Origin: an uncultured delta proteobacterium
Lineage (GTDB): Bacteria > Desulfobacterota > Binatia > UBA9968
Length of the DNA stretch: 64,000 nt
Reading direction: 5' to 3'
NCBI GenBank assembly: GCA_963727625.1
Contig: CAVSHR010000004.1
Location: 96,001-160,000 of the forward strand
Numbering within the stretch: position 1 is the first letter of the stretch; each line of letters opens with the position of its first letter. A model generated the notes under the pieces. The model was not told the origin of the DNA and ran no database searches. It worked only from the letters and a program-made list of their open reading frames with translations. The translations under genes and the position numbers were made by a program. Shown piece after piece: positions 17,704-26,494 of this stretch.

Positions 17704-18324
17704 ATGGCACGAAAGAATCGAGAGCGTAATCAGTCAAAGAGGCAGGGAACAGATCGAAAGCGGAGGTCACGAGCGCCAGTGCGATTCCTACTCGGGAGTG
17801 TCATTGCGATAGGAGTCGTCGCGGGTTTGGTCTTCGGCTACGGCTGGGGTCCGGCAACCAGCGTGTCCGAACAGCAAAGTGCGGCCCAGGATGACAATCC
17901 TGTACCTCTTTCCACCCGCGGGAAAACTATCTCCGGATGGCATGATATGACGGCCCAGCCCTCGTACACTTATAGAACCCCGCCGCCCAAAGGCACACCT
18001 CAGCCCGACGTAACCGTGACCCCGGCCAACCGCGATCTGACTTCTGTGGGAAGTAAAGATGTGATCAATTTAAGTTACGCGGTGATCAATCAGGGCAATC
18101 AGGACCTGGTTGTTGACAGCATGGTTACCTCCTGCGGTTGCACTACGGCGGAGCTGAGCAACAACATTATTCCGCCGGGAACCAGGGCGGATCTCAAAGT
18201 GCGGTTTGACGTGGGATTCCACAAGATGGAGCAAGGTGAGCGAGTCGTGCGAATCGTGTGGATGAGGACAAATGACCCCGATACTCCGATTGCTATAGCA
18301 CGCCTGACGGCAACGATTCGATAA
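17704..18324 (+). CDS. DUF1573-domain protein (membrane anchored)
   Basis: NQGNQDLVV..TSCGCT, IPPG, TNDP; GWHDM motif. Confidence 0.8.
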   Translation: MARKNRERNQSKRQGTDRKRRSRAPVRFLLGSVIAIGVVAGLVFGYGWGPATSVSEQQSAAQDDNPVPLSTRGKTISGWHDMTAQPSYTYRTPPPKGTPQPDVTVTPANRDLTSVGSKDVINLSYAVINQGNQDLVVDSMVTSCGCTTAELSNNIIPPGTRADLKVRFDVGFHKMEQGERVVRIVWMRTNDPDTPIAIARLTATIR

Positions 18325-18341
18325 CGGGGATAGAGACCAAA

Positions 18342-19595
18342 ATGATGCGTCGTTTCCAGATGCTGAGCCGCATATTGGGCGTAGGGGTGATTGCGGCCAG
18401 CCTTGTAACGCCGGTATCGGCCCAATCCAAGGCCCCTGAGAAGATCCATGTTTTCTTCAGTGCCGGCTGTGCCGATTGCTGGCCTTACGTTGAGAAGCTG
18501 CTGTTACCTGCGCTTAAGCAAGCCGGCTTCACTGCCGAGCCGGTGATCCATGATTTCACCCGGCCTGGCGGCCGACAATTGTTGGCCGAGCAGGCCAAGG
18601 CGGTAGGACTGCCCCGTCGAATCGCCGATTCCCTTTATGCGTTTGCCCCTCGACCCGATGGGGGACTGTTGGTTGTCCTTGGGCATGTGCCGCGCCCCCT
18701 GCTGGAAGAGCTGCTGGCGCGTCGGGATTTGCCGCACAAGCTGGTCATCCAGCAGCCCAAGATGCATGGCGATCCTGAGGAATATCTCCTCTGGTCCTTT
18801 GCCGGTGAGGTCCTGAGCTTCCCGATCGACACACCCTTGAGCGCGGCGCTGCCCTCATTGCCGCCCACTTCCAACCGGACTGTGCTGGACCCGGACGATG
18901 CCGACCTGGCGACGTTACTGCCGGCGGTCATAGTCACGGGTTTGCTCGATAGCATTAATCCGTGCGCCTTCGCCGTCATCCTGCTTTTGATTGCGTTCCT
19001 CTTCACGATTCGCAGGAGCCGCAGTCAAATCCTTGGCTTGGGTGCTATCTATGTCGCGGTGATCTTCGTAGTCTATTTGGCGATAGGCCTCGGTATTCTG
19101 AGCACGGTACGCTTGAGCGATGAGCCGCACTTTGTCGCACGCGTTGGCAGCTATTTGCTGATCGGGCTGGGTCTTCTGAACCTGATCGAGTACCTATGGC
19201 CTGCATTCCCCATCAAATTGCACATGCCGGCCGTAGCTCACAAGAAAGTAAGCCAGCTTCTCAAACTTGCATCGGTGCCGGCCACCATCGGCATCGGCTT
19301 CATCGTCGGCCTGTGCACCTTTCCTTGCTCCGGTGGAATCTATGTCAGCATCATCACGCTTTTGAACGCCAAAACGACGCTGGGCTGGGGTTTGGTGTAC
19401 CTGACGCTATATAACCTCCTCTTTATTCTTCCCCTGATTATTATCTTGCTGGTCGTGGGCAACCGTGTAGTGGCAAAACAATTGGCGACCTGGGAACGAG
19501 AGCACGCCCTGAGCCTGCGGCTATGGTTTGGCGTGACGATGATCGGCCTAGGGGCGGCAATGTTGTGGGTGGTCATCCCAGGAGGAACGGTATGA
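18342..19595 (+). CDS. Thioredoxin-like CxxC domain fused to DsbD/CcdA-type transmembrane domain
   Basis: FFSAGCADC; GLLDSINPCAF; CTFPCSGGIY; LYNLLFILPL. Confidence 0.85.
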   Translation: MMRRFQMLSRILGVGVIAASLVTPVSAQSKAPEKIHVFFSAGCADCWPYVEKLLLPALKQAGFTAEPVIHDFTRPGGRQLLAEQAKAVGLPRRIADSLYAFAPRPDGGLLVVLGHVPRPLLEELLARRDLPHKLVIQQPKMHGDPEEYLLWSFAGEVLSFPIDTPLSAALPSLPPTSNRTVLDPDDADLATLLPAVIVTGLLDSINPCAFAVILLLIAFLFTIRRSRSQILGLGAIYVAVIFVVYLAIGLGILSTVRLSDEPHFVARVGSYLLIGLGLLNLIEYLWPAFPIKLHMPAVAHKKVSQLLKLASVPATIGIGFIVGLCTFPCSGGIYVSIITLLNAKTTLGWGLVYLTLYNLLFILPLIIILLVVGNRVVAKQLATWEREHALSLRLWFGVTMIGLGAAMLWVVIPGGTV

Positions 19596-20032
19596 GGCAG
19601 CATAGAATGCTTCAAAAAAGAACATTTTGGGCTAAGCATCGACTCAGTGGCGAGCTGTTGGCCCTGAGTTTTTTGGTCCTGCTGCTTGGCGGGTGCGCCG
19701 GCGGAAAGCCCGATATTGCAGTGGAGACAAAACGACATGACTTCGGCCCGGTCAAGCAGGGCGATGTTGTTACCACTGAAATCGCAGTGCGAAACACGGG
19801 GAATAAGCAGTTAAAAATTGAATCCGTTGCCACTTCCTGTGGCTGCACCTCGGCGCAAGTGACGCCGAAAATCATTCCCTCGGGCGGCGAAGGCACGCTG
19901 CTTATTCGGTACGACTCAGGATCTCATCCCGACAAAGGCCCGATCGAGCGCCATGTCTACATTGCCTCCAACGACCCGGAGAAGTCCGAGGTGGACATAC
20001 TAATCACCGCAGACGTTCAGTCGCCAACTTAG
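19592..20032 (+). CDS. DUF1573-domain lipoprotein
   Basis: Lipobox LGGC, HDFG, NTG..LKI..ATSCGCT, SNDP; ATGA overlap with the upstream gene. Confidence 0.82.
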   Translation: MRQHRMLQKRTFWAKHRLSGELLALSFLVLLLGGCAGGKPDIAVETKRHDFGPVKQGDVVTTEIAVRNTGNKQLKIESVATSCGCTSAQVTPKIIPSGGEGTLLIRYDSGSHPDKGPIERHVYIASNDPEKSEVDILITADVQSPT

Positions 20033-20168
20033 GAAGGCAAAGTTGGAAATTTGCGGAGGTAGCAATAGGTTATTACCCCATGACGGATACCTGCTGCGTA
20101 TCAAATGGGGCAATGTCGAAGGAACTGAAGTAACGATACTTCGGTAACGATTTGGGAGGTGAGAATTG

Positions 20169-22592
20169 ATGACCGATCCAATTTGCGGGATGGAAGTTGA
20201 GCCGAATAGCGCTGCGGGAAAGCACCAGCACAACGGGCAGGTCTATTATTTTTGCAGCGTGCATTGCCTGGAACGATTCAAGTCGGACCCAGCGAAGTTT
20301 TTACAACCTCGTTCGGAGGAGAGCGGGAAAGGGACTGCAACAGAAAAAGCCAAGCAAAGCACGACGACTGTGTATGTCTGTCCGATGGACCCTGAGGTTC
20401 GCGAAAACAAACCCGGGCCTTGCCCCAAGTGCGGCATGGCGCTAGAGCCCGAGGAGCCCGCGGCGCCAGCGGTGAAAACCGAATATGTTTGCCCGATGCA
20501 TCCGGAGATCGTCAGGCCGGAGCCCGGTTCCTGTCCGATCTGCGGTATGGCATTGGAGCCGCGAACCGTCACGCTTGAAGAGGAAGCGAATCCAGAACTC
20601 GTTGATATGACACGAAGGTTTTGGATTAGCGCGGTTTTGAGCGCGCCGCTTCTTTTGTTTGCACTTACGGAATTTTTTCCCGGCCAACCGGTCCATCGCT
20701 GGTTTTCGCCGCATGCTCTCAACTGGTTTCAATTAACCCTCGCCACCCCGGTCGTCCTTTGGGGGGGCTGGCCGTTCTTCCAGCGCGGCTGGGCATCGAT
20801 CGTCAATCGCAGCCTCAACATGTTCACGCTGATCGCGATCGGCGTCGGCACTGCCTATATCTACAGCATTGTCGCCGCGCTGTTTCCCGAACTGTTCCCC
20901 GATTCATTTCGCGGGCCGGACGGAGAAGTGGCAGTTTATTTTGACGCGGCGGCGGTTATCACGACCTTGGTGCTGCTGGGTCAGGTACTGGAGCTCCGCG
21001 CGCGTAGCCGAACCAGCAGCGCTATCAAGGCGCTCCTGGGGCTTGCGCCCAAGACCGCGCGCCTGCTGCGCGACGACGGCGGCGAAGAAGACATTCCGCT
21101 GGAGCGCGTTCAGCCCGGGGATCGCCTTCGGGTCCGCCCCGGGGAAAAAATTCCCGTCGACGGTATCGTTATAGACGGTAGTACTTCGGTCGACGAGTCG
21201 ATGATCAGCGGGGAGCCAATTCCAGTAGAGAAGGTTAAAGACAACCGGGTTACGGGAGGCACGGTCAACGGGACCGGCAGTTTTACCATGCGAGCTGATC
21301 GGGTGGGCAGCGAGACGCTGCTCGCGCAAATCGTCCGGATGGTCAGCGAAGCGCAGCGCAGCCGCGCGCCGATCCAAAAGTTGGCGGATATCGTTGCCGG
21401 CTACTTCGTGCCCGTCGTTGTCTTGGTGGCGATTGTGACATTTGTGATCTGGGGATGGGTAGGGCCGGCGCCGCGCCTGGCTCATGCTCTGGTCAATGCG
21501 GTGGCGGTATTGATCATCGCATGCCCTTGCGCATTGGGCTTGGCGACACCCATGTCGATCATGGTTGGCACCGGACGAGGCGCGAGTGCCGGGGTTTTGA
21601 TCAAGAATGCCGAAGCGCTGGAGGTGATGGAAAAGATCGACACGCTTGTGGTCGATAAGACCGGGACACTCACCGAGGGCAAGCCCCGCCTCGTTTCCGT
21701 GATGCCGGCGAGCGGTAAAAACGAAGACGACATCCTGCGCTTCGCGGCGAGCCTGGAACTGGGGAGCGAGCATCCGCTCGCCGCCGCCATTGTCGATGGC
21801 GCTCGTGAGCGGGACATCAAGCTTACTGAGGCAACGGACTTTCGCTCTATTACGGGAAAAGGCGTGCTCGGTACCGTAGACGGAAAAGCAGTGGGGCTGG
21901 GCAATCAAAAGCTCCTGGAAGAAATGGGTGTCCAACCTACGGAATTGTCGAATCGCGCTGAGGAGCTGCGCCGCGACGGACAGACCGTGATGTCTGTCGT
22001 TGTAGGGCGCGAGCTCGTAGGACTGGTCGGCGTGGCCGATCCGATCAAGAAATCGACTCCCGAGGCGATCCAACTGTTGCACGAGGAAGGGATTAAAATC
22101 GTCATGCTCACCGGCGACAATCGTACGACGGCAGAGGCCGTGGCCGGCAAGCTCGGGATCGATGAGATTCAAGCGGAGGTCTTGCCCGAGCAAAAGGGCG
22201 AGGTGGTCAAGCGTCTCCAGGCCGAAGGGAGAATGGTCGCGATGGCCGGCGACGGAATCAATGACGCTCCCGCTCTGGCTCAAGCCCATGTGGGTATAGC
22301 GATGGGAACGGGCACCGACGTGGCGATGGAAAGCGCGGGGATCACCCTCGTCAAAGGCGACCTCAGAGGGATTGCCAACGCCCGCCGGTTGAGCCATGCG
22401 ACGATGCGGAACATACGCCAGAACCTGTTTTTTGCTTTCGTCTACAATAGCTTGGGAATTCCAATCGCGGCCGGGGTGCTCTATCCCTTTTGGGGTCTGC
22501 TGCTCAGCCCGATCATAGCGAGCGCGGCGATGACGTTCAGCTCGGTTTCGGTTATCACCAACGCGCTGCGACTCAACAAAATCAAGCTGTAG
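20169..22592 (+). CDS. copA: Cu(I)-translocating P1B-type ATPase with YHS and heavy-metal-binding domains
   Basis: DPICGM/YFCS..C, two CPM...CPxCGM repeats, [34 protein letters not shown]. Confidence 0.95.
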   Translation: MTDPICGMEVEPNSAAGKHQHNGQVYYFCSVHCLERFKSDPAKFLQPRSEESGKGTATEKAKQSTTTVYVCPMDPEVRENKPGPCPKCGMALEPEEPAAPAVKTEYVCPMHPEIVRPEPGSCPICGMALEPRTVTLEEEANPELVDMTRRFWISAVLSAPLLLFALTEFFPGQPVHRWFSPHALNWFQLTLATPVVLWGGWPFFQRGWASIVNRSLNMFTLIAIGVGTAYIYSIVAALFPELFPDSFRGPDGEVAVYFDAAAVITTLVLLGQVLELRARSRTSSAIKALLGLAPKTARLLRDDGGEEDIPLERVQPGDRLRVRPGEKIPVDGIVIDGSTSVDESMISGEPIPVEKVKDNRVTGGTVNGTGSFTMRADRVGSETLLAQIVRMVSEAQRSRAPIQKLADIVAGYFVPVVVLVAIVTFVIWGWVGPAPRLAHALVNAVAVLIIACPCALGLATPMSIMVGTGRGASAGVLIKNAEALEVMEKIDTLVVDKTGTLTEGKPRLVSVMPASGKNEDDILRFAASLELGSEHPLAAAIVDGARERDIKLTEATDFRSITGKGVLGTVDGKAVGLGNQKLLEEMGVQPTELSNRAEELRRDGQTVMSVVVGRELVGLVGVADPIKKSTPEAIQLLHEEGIKIVMLTGDNRTTAEAVAGKLGIDEIQAEVLPEQKGEVVKRLQAEGRMVAMAGDGINDAPALAQAHVGIAMGTGTDVAMESAGITLVKGDLRGIANARRLSHATMRNIRQNLFFAFVYNSLGIPIAAGVLYPFWGLLLSPIIASAAMTFSSVSVITNALRLNKIKL

Positions 22593-22787
22593 GAGTGCAG
22601 GTGTCAAGCGAGATAATTTCGAATTTGGGCCGGCGGGCGGCCACGAGAGTGATAAGGGACGGCACTTTTTCTATTGGCGCAAAGTGTTAGTCTTTGAGTA
22701 AGAAAAAAATGCAAATTAAATTGGAATTCGTTGCGGGTTGACGGTCGGAAAACCGTTTCTGATGACGAAATAAAGGGAGCTACGAAA

Positions 22788-23087
22788 ATGAAACGAAAGA
22801 CGCCTGCGATTGCTGCAATCCTATTTCTTGTCGCGCTCGCATCCGAAGTTTCTGCGCAAATGGGCGGGGGCATGATGGGGCCGCGTTCCGGTATGGGGCA
22901 GGGAGGGATGGGGGGCGGTCAAGGCTATGGCCCCGGCTACGGCCCAAGCCCGGAGGGAGGGCAATCCTCTCCGAATCTCACCCCTGAAGAACAAAAAGCC
23001 CGGGCCAAAGCTTTCGTTGAGGATTATCTGCGGCGTAATCTGCCGGAGTATGAGCTGCAAAAGAAAGACACCAAGAAAAGTAAGTGA
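22788..23087 (+). CDS. Small secreted Gly/Met-rich protein
   Basis: Signal peptide, QMGGGMMGP..., C-terminal PNLTPEEQKARAKAFVEDYLRRNLPEYEL. Confidence 0.8.
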   Translation: MKRKTPAIAAILFLVALASEVSAQMGGGMMGPRSGMGQGGMGGGQGYGPGYGPSPEGGQSSPNLTPEEQKARAKAFVEDYLRRNLPEYELQKKDTKKSK

Positions 23088-23210
23088 CACCGAGAATGTT
23101 TCCGATATAGAGCCGCGGCTCACTTCCGCACGCCGTGATTCAGCGGAGAGGCTTTCTGTAAGCGGTAACTATCCAATGAGACCAAGAGAGAAAGTAAAAG
23201 GAGTAGCACA

Positions 23211-23729
23211 ATGAAAAAGAAAGCGTCGGCACTAGTTGCCATATTGTTTGTTGTCGGCCTGGCAACCTCTGCGTTAGCTCAGCCATCGGCGCCCGGCGAT
23301 CAGGGTCCCCGTCAGGGACCTGGGTATGGTATGGGGCGAGGCCAAGGACCTGGTTATGGCCCGGGATATGGTTACGGAATGGGCCCGGGGATGATGGGAC
23401 CGGGCTACGGTTATGGACCGAACATGGGGCCGTGGATGATGGGCCCGGGTTGGCACGGAGGCTATGGAATGGGGCCGGGCATGATGGGCCCGGGATATGG
23501 ATACGGAATGGGACCATGGATGATGGGACCGGGCTACGGTTATGGACCGAACATGGGGCCGTGGATGATGGGCCCGGGATATGGTTATGCACCCGGCGAA
23601 GGCCAGGCCTATCCCGACCTAACGCCTGAAGAGCGGGAAGCAAAGACAAAGGCTTTCGTAGAAGAATACCTGAAGCGTCACTTGCCAGGTTATACTCTAG
23701 AAAAAAAGCAGCCGACGAAGAAGAAATAA
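23211..23729 (+). CDS. Secreted Gly/Pro/Met/Tyr repeat protein, paralog of 22788-23087
   Basis: AAGGAG RBS, signal peptide, GPGMMGPGYGYG repeats, C-terminal PDLTPEEREAKTKAFVEEYLKRHLPGYTL. Confidence 0.85.
   Translation: MKKKASALVAILFVVGLATSALAQPSAPGDQGPRQGPGYGMGRGQGPGYGPGYGYGMGPGMMGPGYGYGPNMGPWMMGPGWHGGYGMGPGMMGPGYGYGMGPWMMGPGYGYGPNMGPWMMGPGYGYAPGEGQAYPDLTPEEREAKTKAFVEEYLKRHLPGYTLEKKQPTKKK
23358..23578 (+). repeat. Intragenic ~92-bp direct repeat, offset 129 bp
   Basis: 23358-23449 and 23487-23578 are nearly identical. Confidence 0.85.
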
Positions 23730-23856
23730 GTTATTCCGTGAAAACGGAGGAAATCATTCCTTGCTTGTAGTTTTTATTTCAGGAGGGAAGAGATTTCCTC
23801 CGTCTGATTCGATTGGACCCGTACGGGTCGGGGCTCATGGTATCGAGGAGACAAAA

Positions 23857-24153
23857 ATGAAAGCTCTGTCAATGGTTGGAGAAATGCTGATTCAATGGCA
23901 GCCAGGCTATCAAGGGCCCTGGGGTTGGCATTACAACATGATGGGAGGTGGATGGGGGATATTCATGTTTATCTTTATGTTGATATTTTTGGGCCTGGTG
24001 ATCACCGGAATTGTTATTCTCGTGCGCTACTTGTCACCACACGCCAGGTCGAAGCCGTCTGAAGGTGCGTTGGAGATTCTCAAACGGCGCTACGCGCGAG
24101 GAGAAATTCAAAAAGCCGAATTCGAGGAAAAGAGGAAGGATCTAGAATCGTAG
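23857..24153 (+). CDS. SHOCT-domain membrane protein
   Basis: GAGGAG RBS; WGWHYNMMGGGWG, TM, ALEILKRRYARGEIQKAEFEEKRKDL. Confidence 0.85.
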   Translation: MKALSMVGEMLIQWQPGYQGPWGWHYNMMGGGWGIFMFIFMLIFLGLVITGIVILVRYLSPHARSKPSEGALEILKRRYARGEIQKAEFEEKRKDLES

Positions 24154-24425
24154 CACGACAATATTTTTCTAGCTGGCTTCGCTTTTTGCGGCTTCTCGTT
24201 GCCGAGGTTCTCTCCTCGGAAAATTGTTGAAGCGTCCGAAGGCGTTCTCGAACAATGCCGCGACATTCCAACATGTTTGGCGGGGACGAAACTAGCTCTC
24301 TATAGCGTTGACATTCTTCTTCAACACGGAGGGTAACGCGCAGGCGGGTAATAAACATTTAGTTTTTGGAGGCTAGATGGCGATCTTCGAATCGTTGGCG
24401 CAAACGTTGAAAACGTTGGCGGTGG
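23980..24425 (+). repeat. ~445-bp diverged direct repeat (partner 33568-34014)
   Basis: SHOCT 3' half, intergenic region and the ATGGCGATCTTCGAATCGTTGGCGCAAACGTTGAAAA start are shared. Confidence 0.9.
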
Positions 24426-24460
24426 GCTTCGGTGTGCAGATTGGGCTTTGGCGAGAACAG

Positions 24461-24709
24461 CAAGGTGACCGAGGCGATGCCGATGCCGAAGAACACCGTC
24501 GCCATGAAGGGGCTGACCGGCCAGTTCGGCGATTACATTTCCATGAGTGGTATGATGACCGTCGCCAAAGTACGCGACCGTTTGAAAAGTTACGACGAGG
24601 ATCCGGGCTGGTACCAACATCCGCCGGGAACCCTGGCGCTCAAAGCTACTGAGGCGGATCTGCGCGTGACGGAATTGCGGTTTTTAACGGAGCGGCCGGT
24701 TCCCAATAG
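24461..24709 (+). pseudogene. Multicopper oxidase C-terminal remnant
   Basis: KVTEAMPMPKNTVAMKG..FGDYISM..; no N-terminal domains; frameshift near 24662. Confidence 0.85.
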
Positions 24710-24868
24710 CCAATCGGGATCAAGGCCACCTGCAACTATATCAATGCCGGTTGCGCTGAAGCTAATTTTCTTGGAATCAAAAATTTACCTGCTTGGCGTT
24801 CTCAATTTTAAGAAGTAAGATGCAAGGAGATCAAGTGATTGCCTAGCATGATCCCGGTCCTCTGACCT

Positions 24869-24884
24869 TGGCGGGAATTTTGCT
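24869..24884 (+). promoter_or_regulatory. Putative sigma54 promoter (duplicated copy)
   Basis: TGGCgggaattTTGCT, GG-N10-GC. Confidence 0.55.
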
Positions 24885-24961
24885 TGCTACGTTTGCTACC
24901 TATATATATAGTGAGCGCGCTTTAGCGTGACAGTTCGATATCAAAAATCCATTGGAAAGGT

Positions 24962-25240
24962 TTGCTTGGCGGTGTTATTCACCTTTCAAGCGTAGCCTGG
25001 GCCTTTGATGACTGTCGCCGGGACAGTGAGGAGCATGCTAGCGAGCAATGGTTCCGCGGCGATTTCGTAAGCCCGAGGCCGCTCAGCCTTGTTGCGCGTT
25101 CTGCTGATGAACCAGTCGGCAGGGTGCATTGCGTTGCAACTGATTACGCGTTTGACGCGATCGCACAATCTTCTTCGATTGCGTTTTTGAAACAGGCTTT
25201 CAGCGGTGTCCAGTTAACGTCTTTCGTTTCAAATGTTTAA
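24962..25240 (+). pseudogene. Truncated leader-like ORF, copy 3
   Basis: VAWAFDDCR..PVGRVHC; two 1-nt deletions in the signal region relative to copy 2; lacks the RHLLL tail. Confidence 0.75.
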
Positions 25241-25529
25241 GTCCAAGAAATTATGCGTATCACTATTACTATTCGGATTTGTGTGGCTCATCACTTCGTC
25301 TTCGTGGGCGGCTGAAGCAACCCCTGCCGCCGAAGCACAAAAGAAGGCGCAGCTCTTTATCCAGGGCGCGCAGCTGTGGCCTGAATACCGCGGCAATTGC
25401 TACAACCCTCGGGGACCCTCAGAGAGGTCTCCCGCGGATTGGGATCTTATCATGATGCATATGCGTGCGCGGGCGAATTTACCGCCGGACGCGGCGGAGG
25501 CGATACTCGAGTTTCTGAAGAAAAGATAG
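25233..25529 (+). CDS. Cytochrome c-like protein with degenerate heme motif (RGNCY instead of CxxCH)
   Basis: Signal peptide, GAQLW..YRGNCYNPR.P, W..IMMHMRARANL. Confidence 0.65.
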   Translation: MFKSKKLCVSLLLFGFVWLITSSSWAAEATPAAEAQKKAQLFIQGAQLWPEYRGNCYNPRGPSERSPADWDLIMMHMRARANLPPDAAEAILEFLKKR

Positions 25530-25589
25530 ATTCCAAAAATCATCCGCAAGACGCGGACTAAAAAGAAACAAGAAAGGAAAGCACTTACT

Positions 25590-25979
25590 ATGAGAACGTT
25601 TGTATGGATGACCGTGTTGGGGCTTGTGCTTGGGGGAGCGGTGTGGGCAATGGCGCAGCAGCAGGCCCAGATGGGTGCGAGCCAGTCTCCTCAGGGAGCG
25701 GGAGGAGCTGGTTCGAATTACTCAAGCCTCTGTGTGGGTTGTCACGGCGCGACCGGCAAGGGCAACGGTCCGGCGGCCGCGGCGCTCAATCCGAAGCCGA
25801 AGGATTTTACGGATTGTAAGTTAATGACGCAGATTTCAGACGACACCCTATTTAAGACCATTAAGGGCGGTGGCCAGAGTGTTGGGCTTTCTCCGACGAT
25901 GCCCCCTTGGGGCGGGGCGATTACGGAACCGCAGATCCACGAACTCGTGAAATACATCCGTGGCTTCTGCAAAAAATAG
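25590..25979 (+). CDS. Monoheme class I cytochrome c
   Basis: CVGCHGATGKGNGP, PKPKDFT, MPPW. Confidence 0.92.
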   Translation: MRTFVWMTVLGLVLGGAVWAMAQQQAQMGASQSPQGAGGAGSNYSSLCVGCHGATGKGNGPAAAALNPKPKDFTDCKLMTQISDDTLFKTIKGGGQSVGLSPTMPPWGGAITEPQIHELVKYIRGFCKK

Positions 25980-25985
25980 TGAACA

Positions 25986-26483
25986 ATGAAGTGGCTGGCG
26001 GCGATAGGGCTGTTTGTTTTTCTTCTGTTAGCTTTTTGGTTTGGACCAGCGTCTTCTCGCAGGGAGCCCGCGCCAATGCAGCCTATTGCCTTCAATCATA
26101 AAATTCATGCGGGCGATTACCAAATTGCCTGTGAGTACTGCCATATTTATGCCAGGAAGTCCGCGGTAGCGGGTATTCCTTCGGCTCAACGCTGCATGGG
26201 CTGCCACAAAATCACTGCCGCGGGTAATCCAGAAGTGCAAAAACTGCGGGGGTACTGGGAGCGCAGGGTGCCCCTCCAGTGGAGCAAAGTTACCTCCATG
26301 CCTGATTATGTTTACTTCGAGCACTGGCCCCATGTCCGGTCTAACATCGCCTGTCAGACCTGCCATGGTCCTGTTGAAACCATGGAGCAGGTAAAACGGG
26401 TCAGGGCTCTAGACATGAGCGAATGTGTTTCGTGCCATCGCGAGCAACAGGCGAGTATCGATTGCGTTATCTGCCACCGTTGA
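25986..26483 (+). CDS. actA: Membrane-anchored pentaheme cytochrome c, ACIII subunit A
   Basis: QPIAFNHKIH; five CxxCH (CEYCH, CMGCH, CQTCH, CVSCH, CVICH). Confidence 0.88.
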   Translation: MKWLAAIGLFVFLLLAFWFGPASSRREPAPMQPIAFNHKIHAGDYQIACEYCHIYARKSAVAGIPSAQRCMGCHKITAAGNPEVQKLRGYWERRVPLQWSKVTSMPDYVYFEHWPHVRSNIACQTCHGPVETMEQVKRVRALDMSECVSCHREQQASIDCVICHR

Positions 26484-26494
26484 AAACATTTTCT

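Larger units (their letters stand above)
24461..25233 (+). repeat. Duplicate of 11943-12708 (MCO 3' remnant, promoter, truncated leader)
   Basis: DRLKSYDEDPGWYQHPPGTLALKATEADL preserved, then a 1-nt deletion; similarity ends at the A of ATG 25233. Confidence 0.92.

Noticed and set aside
20904-22607. 567-aa minus-strand ORF and similar long antisense ORFs (10906-12102, 55732-56760, 37593-38465)
   Set aside because: Shadow frames of well-supported GC-rich genes, with no recognisable motifs.
23358-23578. Direct repeats as CRISPR or mobile-element ends
   Set aside because: They are in-frame coding repeats within a secreted low-complexity protein.
24377-24652. 91-aa ORF as a genuine gene
   Set aside because: Chimera of three duplicated fragments, with the MCO part read out of frame.
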